The translations under genes were made by a program, and so were the position numbers. From positions 705,835 to 769,834 of the forward strand of contig NMRA01000005.1 of NCBI GenBank assembly GCA_002633005.1: a stretch of 64,000 nt of DNA, written 5' to 3'. The notes beneath the pieces are model-generated. The model worked only from the letters and a program-made list of their open reading frames with translations. It was not told the DNA's origin and ran no database searches. Positions 25,776-37,400 of this stretch are shown here, piece by piece (position 1 is the stretch's first letter; each line of letters opens with the position of its first letter). The DNA is from Phoronis australis. Its lineage: Eukaryota > Animalia > Phoronida.

Positions 25776-26090
25776 AGTGGCGTCGAGAGGGCAGCCACGG
25801 GGGCCACTGCCTAAGGCTAGTGCGATTTAAGGGGGCTCGCCGGTGAAGTAAAAATAACGGTACATTAAGAAATCCCTAGAGGTTTGGGTCCTTCGGTGGA
25901 AGCCCGTACAGAAGGAAATTTGTGAGATCAATTTCACCCTCCGTACTTTTGGCATCGTTTGTCTGCAACGCTTGAAAATGGGGAGGTCTGTGGATGTGTA
26001 GTGGGGGAGGGGGTTGAGGAATGTGTTAGGGGGGGGGGGGGNTAAGGGGTGCCGTATTGCCCGGGGCCCACATTGGCTCTAGACACAACT
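25776..26090. mobile_element. hAT-like MITE
   Basis: Imperfect TIRs cagtggcgtcgagag / ctctagacacaactg, with GC-rich ggggccc subterminal motifs. Confidence 0.4.
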
Positions 26091-26284
26091 GCAAACATTG
26101 GAAGTTCCCAGAGATTTGGATGGGTCATCTTAAACCCAGAAAATATCTTAGCGAAAATTCACCTGGAATTTTGTTTCTTTGGAGGAGCGTACTTTCTGCA
26201 TGTAGGAGGAAGCCACGGAAGTTTTACCCGTTGACAAATGTTGAGCGACATATTTTTAATCATCTGGCAATGTGTGGATTTACT

Positions 26285-27157
26285 TTTTTATATTTTTACT
26301 TTGCTCTTGCATGATAATTACATGTCACATAAAACAATACAGTATACTTCGTTCACAAAGAGTAACATCAAATCATTAGTCAACAAGTACCGTATTTCCT
26401 TCAGGATGTAATTTAATAAAGTTAATGTACAATTGGAAATTAAGTTTTTTTAACAAACTTTTGGCTAAATATGCAATTTTTTGCTAGCATGATCAACAGA
26501 TTAATGTTACAATTTTCCGACTGAATGTTTCCCAAATAACCAAAAAACACTGCTATTTTGTCCACGTGAAAATTTACAGGATATGTTTGTTTTAACCACT
26601 CAGCAAACAGGAGCCAGAAACCGGAGACAAGACGACATCTGATTCCCAAAAGAGATGTACAAAAGTTTCACTGTGTTCACCACAGCAAGAGCATAGATCA
26701 CTTGTTTTTATTTTAATTTTATGTAAATAATTATTAGTTGGTAATATTCTGTGAATTAAGCGGTATTGAAACCAACGCAACTTTGCATCTTTTGTACAAT
26801 TGAAGGGGAGTTTATTTGCTTTTCTCCACCATGTATCAGAGTCACTAAAATTTACATTATTTATAACACCATTTATATCTATCTCGGATGACCACTTGTT
26901 TTTATATTCACAAGCTGTCTGAAGTGATTGTACCAAGCTGTCATAAATATTTACCGCTTGTGATTTATTATGTATAATTTTATAAATATAACTTGGAAAA
27001 TTTGGTAAAAATATATTGTCTTGACTATTCTTAAGACCCCTGTACGCTGCAAAGGTTGCACTTCTTAATCCATAGAATTCTAGTATTGGAGGTTGAAAGT
27101 TATAACTATTACAGAGTTGTTCGTATGACATAAAAGAACCTTCAGCATTAAACAAAT
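26285..27157 (-). mobile_element. 5'-truncated L1/Tx1-clade LINE, ORF2 3' end (zf-RVT)
   Basis: KLRWFQYRLIHRILPTNNYLHKIKIKTSDLCSCCGEHSETFVHLFWE is the L1/Tx1 C-terminal zinc knuckle. It is frameshifted and closely similar to 53287-54147 on the other strand. Confidence 0.85.
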
Positions 27158-27216
27158 GTGTGGATTTACTTACAATACTTATATTTATAATAACAATAAC
27201 AGAAATACTAACAAGT

Positions 27217-27270
27217 ACAACGACGACGACGACGACGACGACGACGAGTAGAAGACTAAGAAGAAGAAGA
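27217..27270. repeat. (GAC)n/(GAA)n microsatellite
   Basis: acgacgacgacgacg...agaagaagaagaa. Confidence 0.85.
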
Positions 27271-30200
27271 ATAGAAACAGTGTAGTCATGATAGAAATCG
27301 TGGTATTTGAAATAATTAAAAACGATTGTCAAACTGTCTGCTGACCAGTCATCTTAAAATTAGCGACTGGAAACTTTTGAACGTATTTTGCACCTTTGAT
27401 ATTTGGCACTGTAGAGAGTACTAAGATCAGTGAAACGAGCATAGAGAAACGACTTTCATTCAAAACCATTGGGTTGAATAGAAACTTACCCACCTATGAA
27501 GGATTGCCCGAATGCGGTTTCTTTTGTCAGGTCTGTCGATCTGTCGGTTCTCTTTCCAACAACTCGAGAATTTATACTGTTTTCTGACCCAGTTATAGCG
27601 ATTGTTAAGCCCGAAATTTCTAATTTTAGAAACATTCGTGTCCCCTGTCGAGTAATTTACGTATGAATATTGACAGTTCTTAAACCGCAATTTAAATTCT
27701 GTGTCATCTACGTGAGCTTGATTTGATTTATTACAAATGTCTTTTTTTATTAGTCACTTACACCGTCTGCTTCGGTTATTTATTAAGCACGCTTCTTCCC
27801 TCAGTACTGCAAGAAAACAAACTGAATGAAGTCGGTAACTTAAAATGGCTCATCCAAGGGCTCCATTTTATTTAATGCTACCTTGTTAAACAGCAGTGCC
27901 ATAGTGAGGATTCTCGTGGCCTTGTAAAAAGCACTGTGATGCCAGAGTTCCTTGTAATTTGGTCTGCTCCGGTAGCCACAACTGTCTTAACGGCCGTCAC
28001 GAACGTTCTCCCTCCACGTCGTCATATTTTTCTAACCCCCACCTCGTCGCCAGAGCCTTGGAGCCCTTGCCGTCCCGCTTTTGTATGCAAACAAATGCTC
28101 TTGCGTCCGAGAAGGGGCTCTGAATTTTTGCAGGTCGTTGAGCTGTAATTCTCTCAATGTATAATGCGGCACTGCTGGACACCCGACGTCAACCGTCGAA
28201 AGTTGGTTACATGTCTAAGGTCATATCAGCTACACTTAACACAGAGCACGCGACTGAGCTATATCTGAACAAAGGATTCGTTTAAGTTTGTTACCATTGT
28301 AATATTTTGTAAGAATCCAATAATGAGCGACGCACCATAGCCCCCCTTCCCCTTATTTGAGGGCTGCACCTCCATCTCCGTGGGTGGCGCACCCAATAGG
28401 GGGCTTAGGGTTATAGCCCCCGCTTATTTCAATGCTGCGCCGCCCATGATATTGCTATATTCAACCACAGTAGGTGTATATGTTTAAAAATCAACCTCAC
28501 AAATTGGTAAAACATACCTCTGTTTGATTTCCACGAAAATTAATGTCTTCTGCAGAGAAAAAAAATCCCAATTATGTCTTTAGTGATAACGTATATGTAA
28601 GATATATTCTGTATTTATGAAACGAAAGTAAGTATATTTATTGCTAAAAAGTGTCAACGGGGTGTCTGACAATTTGACGTGAAGCTCGATACTCAGTGTC
28701 ACCGCTGGTAACTTGTTCATATAAGTTATCATGACGTGTTCATGGTTGAAATGCGTTTAATGTGTCATATCAGAAAACACGATCAAAATATTAAGCTGCG
28801 CAGTGCTCTCAATTGACGACGTGTCCATTAATCAAAAATGGCGGAAACTGCTCTCCATTTAGAATACGAAATGTCAATTTCGTGTTTTAGTTTTGTACTC
28901 CACAAACAGTGTACGTGATCTTCCTCGTTTTGCTCGCGAAGGTCCCAAAAATAGACCAAACAAACAAATTAATTTGAATATGTCATTTTCGTATATTCCA
29001 CCGGAATAACTTGTTTTCAAATACTCAGTAACTTGACTTGAAAAATATTTGATGGTTTCATATCAAAATTTTAACGATAAGCCTAACGTAACCGACATAA
29101 ATTCTTGATGAATACCAATTAACCGCCATTGTTTTGTTATTTGAATGACATATTGCGAGAACTGATTTTGGCAAATCCATAATGATTCTATTTACATTCT
29201 TCATAGGTATTGTTGAGAGCACCACGATCACGTTTAGCTTCATTGGTACACCAAATGATTGAGAGTAGATGAGTTCGTTGGAAACTCATGCGCACACCCA
29301 GTACCGTATTTATTGCTAGTCATGTTGTACGNCACTACACCCAAGGCCGGGGGGTCTAATCCTTGTGCTCAAAAATCATTTTTGTGATGTTCTATTCTAT
29401 TTTTGTGCGAACTTGTGATTAGAGTCTATTATTTTGTGCTCCAGTAGATTATAGTTTATGCTCATGACTTTCTAATCCAGGTTCTGACTTCATCACACGG
29501 CCCCTATATTTGCGATACAAAGTCGAGTGAGAACTCGAAATTTCAAATTCAGTCTCAATGCTGGGGTTATCAAGGGCAAACTGAGTACGTCCTCATGCAC
29601 TCGAGTTTCTCTTGAGTTCGCACAAGTGTAGACAAGAAAATGACAAAAATTCGAATTAGATTTCGAGTAAAAAGATTAGACCCTAGGCCTTGGTCTATAT
29701 CGCTGATTATGCAACTGAATACCAAAAACGTTTGGATTTAGAAGCCGGGTAAAAATCCACCGTATGGCATTTCGCTGATATCGGTTTGATCCTCTCCCCA
29801 TAACACATCGGTTCCCCTTATCATAACATACCGGTTTGATCGTCTCATCAGAACATTTACTGGTGAGTCGTGACGGCTTCCTATAGTGCGTTTTCACTGT
29901 TTTATGTTGTGTGGAAAAGACATTTCTATTCGAATGTATAGTGATGACGTAGTCTGCCACAGTTATGACGCAAACACGAACAGAAATGTACACTCACAGC
30001 ACATTTTAAAAAATTTTACGGGTCTGGTAACCATGAGCTATAGATTTATTTCGAACGCTCATTTTAAACCCTTTCAGTTATCATAGCAGACTCGACATAT
30101 GCATACACTGTTTCATATCCATGACTTCATTGTTATTGTCAACCTGTATGTGGCCGAAACATGTGCAGTGAAAGTGTTGCTCTGATTTTAAGATGATAAA

Positions 30201-30501
30201 CAAATGGTACGAGTAAATGAAAGCGGTGTATGCTATTTATTTCTAAAACGGGATAAGATTAGGGTAGATGCCATATTGTTTCAAGAAACTAAAACGTCGC
30301 AACATGGGACGACAGTCCCTCCAGCCTCCTGTGGTGCGCTGCCCATGACCATGGGCGGCAGTGCCTTGAAATAAGTAGGGGGAGGCTATAGCCCTCCCAG
30401 ACCCCTATGGTGCGCCGCCCATGTACAAAAAATAAATGTTCACATTGATATGTCTGTTATACATCGCTACTTTAGCAAGGCCATATGTAGAAACTCCAGT
30501 A

Positions 30502-30931
30502 CTGGCGGTTGCATAAAATAGTCCCAAATGGAGACTCAACTAAGTTCCCTAAATCTGTTGCGTATTTGTTTCGTTCTCTATTCACAGATATAGTACTTTA
30601 TCTATCATTTTATATTAATTATGAGCTACTGTGTGACTTATGACATTTTCTAATAATATATTAACAAAAAATTTAGTCCTTAATTCGGTCAAAATAATTA
30701 GGGACTTAGTCCTTAAATTAGGGGGCGTTGCATGAAAAGACCCCTTCCCATTTTCAATACTGTTGAGAAGTTAACGAAAAGTTCACTCTCGATTTTTATC
30801 AACGCCAAAAACTGACTGAGTAATATCAGACTCAAACAGTAGAAGGAAGGACAGTCAATGTTTTCACATACTCACAAATACGCAGTAGACTAAGGGAACT
30901 TAGCTGAGACTTTTTCATGCAACGGGGCACA
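30502..30931. mobile_element. MITE with long imperfect TIRs (Harbinger/Tourist-like)
   Basis: Left ctggcggttgcataaaa...agactcaactaagttccct versus right agggaacttagctgagactttttcatgcaacggggcacag. Confidence 0.6.
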
Positions 30932-31339
30932 GGAAGAATAAACTGTTCCAGTATGACAAACAGCCTATAGTTCGAGTCGTGATTCAGTAAAGCTAACGAG
31001 ATTAAAACTCGCCTAATTACACTGCTCTAAACGTACCTTACATAAAAATTGCTCCTAACACTCCACGTTATAAAAATGGTCTCGGTTTTCTCTTTGCTCA
31101 GGTTCCAAAAAATATCTGGACCTATACAAAGAAATGGCGGTTAACGCGTTGAGACCACGCAAAACAATATACGCTTGAACTTCGTTGGCGTCTGGTAATT
31201 CATGTATTCGTCGAGCATGACTACCAAACTGACACCTATTGGCAACACACAATGAATCAAATGTAACTTTATCAACGACAATACTTTCTTCTAGTCTTCT
31301 CAAATCAATGAAAACTTCGAAGTAAAACATTATTCTGCC

Positions 31340-31630
31340 TGCACCACCAACAATATCATTTACCTAATAACATGTACAAAATGTTCCATTCAATATGTAG
31401 GACACTAAACTCGGCATAATCTACAAACTCGGAAGATTTAACATAATATATAAAACATTTCTGATACTATAGGTAATCATTTCAATTCCAAAACCATAGT
31501 CTACAAGATCTTTCTGTACAAATAACAAAAAAAACTCCAATACTCCAGTACCCCTCACAGACTCAAAAGAGAACAATTTTGGATAAATAGGCTTAACACA
31601 CTTGAACCCAAGGGATTAAACAAAGACTTT
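31340..31630 (+). mobile_element. Penelope-like element GIY-YIG endonuclease remnant
   Basis: CTTNNIIYLITCTKCSIQYVG*...NHSLQDLSVQI...HRLKREQFWINRLNTLEPKGLNK, interrupted by a stop and frameshifts. Confidence 0.8.
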
Positions 31631-32559
31631 TTAAATTATATCCTTTACTTTTTTCCGCAACAATCTATCATGTTCATTACGCCAAATATCACGTCATTTG
31701 CCATATCGTGTTTCATTTTTTTAATTACTTTATTTCCGTTTCTCACAAAGGATGTGATTATATCCAAAAATTTCAGTTGATCCATTATTGTTGTTTTATT
31801 TACACGAATATGGTCTACATTTCGTCAAACAATAGTATCCTTCAGACGATCTGGATCACCTCATTTAGTTTCAGATTTATTTTCTACCACTTACACCTAA
31901 GAACAGATCTAAAGATCCTTTCGGCGTAAAGAGCAAGTAGATCGAAACAATTTTTCGGGCTTTCAAGTTACTTAACTGTTGTACATTAAATTCTTCATAA
32001 TGTACATTAAAAAATCTAGGACATCTTAACATAAGTAAATGGCCAAAAAACAAAAAGTTATTGTTTTACACAGGGCGGGTTAATAGTGCATTTTAGAAGT
32101 ACGTTGCACTTAACATTGTTCCCTAGCAGTAGTAACGGTTCTCGGGTGGCAACAATAAATTGAATTTTTTTCCAACCCATTATCGACAGATCCCACAAAG
32201 GTGCGAAGGCAGTCAGTCACCGATAGATTGCACGTTGCTAACTAAAATATTGTTACCTCACTGTAGTACGTGTATTTCGCTTTGTAATCATTTAGCCATG
32301 TCAATTTCTGTTTTGGTGACTGTAATGTAACGTTGTTCAGCCGAGTAAATTTCAAAGGCACCAATTATTTTGTATATGAAGATTTCCACAGGATGTGGTA
32401 ATGAGAAGAAGGTGACTTGTACCAATTCTAAACAGGCAAGAACTCATCCTAATGTAAAAACTACATATATGTTCAAGAACAAGCTATATATCGATGGACA
32501 TATTTTCCAGTCGAAACAAAGGGTGAATTACCATCGTTCGCACAGGACTAGGAACTGAT

Positions 32560-32960
32560 ATAACCGGTGGGTGGATGTAAACAACTGGATCGTTTCGAAA
32601 ACTGGCGAATCTCTCGAACTGAACTTACATGAGGTTTTGTTTGGAAGGCATAATGCCGAACATGTTATTAATTTGGTTACGTTTGGTCAAATATCACATT
32701 TATAAAGCGAGATTAAACTCTGTCGTTCTGTGTTTGCAGCTACTCAAAAAGAACTCTAGATATCACGACTTTGAAAAAGTAATTTTCTATAATAATTATG
32801 AATACGACTTATTCTTTGCAGGGTGGACCCCTACAATTCATTTGCGTAATTTTCCAATTTGACAGTATTCTGATCCCGTATGTTTTGTGATGTGTGTATG
32901 CGTGCGTGTTTGTGTGTTCTACTATGACATATTTTGTTCAATAAATATATGTAAAATAGT
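32560..32960 (+). mobile_element. Degenerate L1/Tx1-like ORF2 3' remnant
   Basis: LLIWLRLVKYHIYKARLNSV...LKKNSRYHDFEKVIF resembles the KYYIYK...EK.I C-terminus of Tx1-like ORF2. Confidence 0.4.
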
Positions 32961-34486
32961 TGTTCAGACTTCAACTATTAAGTTCCGAAACAAAGACAAA
33001 TTTCAGGTTAGATCGTGCCGTCCGCAGAATCGACACCATCTTCTGCTTTTCAAATCCCAAAGCCCATTTGACTTCAGCCTGTTAGCGCACTTTTATGAAA
33101 AATAAATTCAATAAACGATAATGTCCCAGCGCAATGTGCAATTGCCATTTATGTTCGACATGTGTTTCGTTATGAACATAGAAACATAGACCGTGCGTCA
33201 GCGTTTGCAGACATTAAAAGTGGAATTGGGTTGGCGAAAATGATCATTAACTATGACGTAGCAATGGACATGAAAGTCTTTGAAGCGAGCATAGAAAATC
33301 TAACAGTTAATGAATTAAGAGGATAGAGGAAGCTAAATAGAACAACATAAAACATAAAAGATAAACAGAACCGAAAAACATAAAATATGGGACATAAAGA
33401 GAAAATGAGGTATAAAAAAACGTCACAACACAAGAAGGAACGATCCAAACAGTCAAAAGGGGGATCAGATTAGAAGGATGGGTACACATGCTCACATAAA
33501 TATATTTAAATAATGAATTCAATTTAATGTAATGTATCACTCTACAGCAGGAATGTGCAAATTTTAGTTTCATTTGCTCTTTCCAGGGTTGAACAACAAT
33601 CAGTCTAAACAATTCATATGGCAAGAAATAATGGGGTTTACCCACTCACAAATTGGTGGATAGAGTGAGACTCGAATCACATGACACGAACACTGACCTG
33701 AAGAATATTAACTCCAGTTTGAGAAGAGATGTAAGCAAGAGCATAATAATGACCTTGGTTTAGTTCAAATAACACTAAAACAGTTGAAAAAGCAATATAT
33801 TATTGGATGAAGTGCTAATAAACCATTATCATCCTAAAACCAATGGCGCAACTAAATGAATACACCTTAATAAAAGAATAAAATATTTGCGAATAAGTGC
33901 TGCAAAAAAATCTTTCGACTAGGCACATAATAATTGCCTTCCATTCACAAAAGCAAAACAAAGCACATGATAAAAGTTGAGAAATGAAAACCACTGACAA
34001 AATGGTATGGCAGTTTACACTTCTTCAGTTATACAGGTAAAATGGGGCATACCTGGGTCATTACATACAGGACAGTGCTCTGAATGGCAGCACACCGCGG
34101 ATAATTAAGTAATTAAGCCATTGCCCTAACACAAGAGTATTCCCATCAACTCAACCATACACCATTTGGAATGCAAACCCCGGCATGAAATTTAAAAGCA
34201 AAAACAAGGACTTCCTTTGCTTTAACATGAACACAAAACCCATCGGTGGTTTTCAAAGATGTCACAGTGTCTTATAATGCTTTAAATATCACAGACTGTT
34301 TATGTGAGGTAGGGTTAGCCACAGGATCTCTTACTTTGGCTGCAGTGCTAAACATGGCGTGTCACTTGTCCAGGTCTAAGGTATAAACTATGTCTATAAA
34401 AATGAAACAGAGTACTTTCATGCCACAGGAGCGTTCAATGCAAGAAATACAATTTCCGATCTTTCCTTTGGCAGCAAGATTGTACT

Positions 34487-37400
34487 TCATGCAGGCTGTC
34501 CACCGATAAATTTCATAGTGGGGATGCCCTTGATCTTGAGTAACTGAAACATAAAAACCACTTGTTAACACATTTTAAATCATGTATTACCTTAATGTCA
34601 GATGTCTGTTGGTAATACATTGGAGAAACTTTTCAATGTGTCTACTGCTACACGTCAAGGGTAATTTTCAAGCCTTTAAGCAAGAGAACCCCCAACATTA
34701 ACAGTCATGCGATGATAGTTCCTATTGTAAAACATTTAATAAAAAATGCTCGTAAAAACTCGCTCCTCCATCACTAACAGTTTCGGCCTAAGGCAGACAA
34801 CTTGCGGTGTGACTAAGGGACAAATCCCATGATCAAGCACTGCTCACAACATTCGCTTAAGACACATAAGCGATCTAATGTTATGTATTGTTTGACTGCA
34901 ACGCATCATATATTGGCATGACTAGTCGAATTTTGAAACTTAGACTTAATGAGCATTCTAGGCTAAAAACAGTTCTGTTAATAGCCATGTGATAGATACC
35001 AGTCACGAAATTTTTACAATGTCAGAATTTTATATCACGATGCCTGTAAATTCCGTCTGTTTGGAAAATAAAGTTTTAAAATTTTAGAGCACAAACCCCA
35101 ACTCAATAGAATGTCCTCATCCTATTATATCCAGCTATTCACACACTCTCTGTAATTTCTTTCAAAAAAGTTCAAGCAAATAAATAAATATAAAAACAAA
35201 ATTTCCTGCCATATGTTTTGCACGTGCGTATTCATTCTCTTGAAAATACAGCTCGGTGGAAATTGTGAAACGTCGAGTACTTGTAATAAAGAATTTTATA
35301 AAATCTTGATCGTCAATTTTATCCTAGTCCCAGCGTTCATTAAATCTGTCGACCTTACCACAACGTACTGAGGCACACAGTTGTAGACATTTAACCTGTG
35401 TCCTTAGTAGACCGTCTGGCAACTATGAACAATTGGAGGTAAAGTTCGGAGATTAGACCCTAGGACCTGATCACTCACAAACATTCAAGTTCCATTGGCC
35501 CAAAGATAACCCAGAGAGTGAAATCACATTGCTGGTCCCAGGGAATAACAGTCATCTCTTGTAGTCCAACACCGATTGGAACCACGAAACAAAATGCCAA
35601 AGCTGTCAAAATCTCCTTAAAGACGCAACAAATCGTGACTTTCTACAAAGGCGAATTTCCTTTTCCAAACCAACATCATCACATTCTTACCTTTCATTTG
35701 AATTGAAATTGGCTATTGCTACGAACCTCACCCCCGGCTAGACACACTGCATTATTTGGTGGGTGAAACTTACCCACAACCCACTACAACAGGAAGTCAA
35801 TGTTACTCTGAACTAGTAAATGACCTATCAGTTCTTCTCTAGCTTCTCATTTGAGTAAAGAACAATCTGTGAGACCAATTTAAAACAGAGCGGACCCTTT
35901 AAACTCACCTCTGAGAGATCATTAAAATTTTCAAGCTCTTTATTCCAACTTGTATACAACTTGTAGTTTTCTGATTTGCTATAACTTTCTGGAAGATTCA
36001 CATCTAAAACAATAACATAACCTTAAATAATGTATCGGACAAGGTATACAATAACACCAGTCCTATTCTGGACAAAAATAATTGACAGATGACTTTTTCC
36101 TATTTTTCAAAGTCTGTCTTGTTACATATACTGAAATCTTCACAAAATGTTATTTTATCATGTAAAAACCTAGGTATCAAAGACTTGCTCTTTTTGTTGA
36201 GAAATTATAGACAAAATCACAGTTCCCTTTACTGCCATATTGTGTGCTAAACAGGTGAAGAATCACCGGGGTACTATACTAGGGTAAAACTTCTCCAGTT
36301 TGGGACAATCTCTAGAGTTTGGGACAAGGAAACTCCTATAAGAATGAAGAATTTTTTGTTTTAGGAATTTGGGACAAGGGCCAATTTGGCCATATTTCTC
36401 AAATTTCAGTCATTTTCAACCTACAGAGTGGGCAGTTTTACCCTCTTTCCAATGATTCTTGAATATGGGACGGCCAATATTGACTATTTCTAGAATTTGG
36501 GACAGGCTCGATCCTTGAGCAAGTCCCAAAATCGAGAATTGTTACTAACAGTACTTCAACTTTTCTAACTTTACTTATGGTCCAGTAAACAATTATCCTA
36601 CCAACTACACAATCATTTGGTGTTGATCACATTAGTTTTAGGCCAAAACATGCGCACAAACTTTAAAATTAGAGTGTAAGTAAACAAAAACATATTGATC
36701 AGACGTTTCAATCAGGTAACACAGGTGGAGAAATTGTAAATGCGCAGTCTGTTCTCCACCTGATTGAATAATGTGAACTTTTGCCTTGAGAATGCTTTAT
36801 AGTGAATAATGTACAGTCTGTTCTCCACCCGATTGAATAATGTGAACTTTTGCCTTGAGAATGGTTTATAGTAAACAAACCAAAACGTAGGATCAATATG
36901 ACTTTGTTTACTAACGCTAATTTTAAAGTTCATACATTTGGTGTAAACACCAACAAAGCAGGAACAACAACTAGGAGAGTGAATTTACTAAGTAAACATC
37001 GAAACACTTTCCACAAAAATGTTTAAGCTCATAGCCTTCAACCACAGTTTCTAATATAGTAAGTTGACTATCTCCGTTACAGTGGCGGATCTACAGGGGG
37101 GGTTCAGGGGGTTTAAACCCCCCCCCTCGGGCCAGGACCCAAAAATTAAAAAAACAAAAAAAACAAAAGCGGCTCCAGCAAAACAAAAACGGCACCGCCA
37201 GCGTGTGTAAACCCCAAGTAAACCAACTTGGAAAAAATTGAGGGGGGGGGTTCACTCTGAAAATATAGTTTTTTGCGTTGTGAATTGCTGAGTCTTTGTG
37301 GCCCATCGGCAATACGCGCGGGGATTTATTGTGCGCGCGCTTCCGTCGACACTTCTGAAGTAGCCAAGCATTTTAGATGGATTCATCACTGAAAGAGCAG

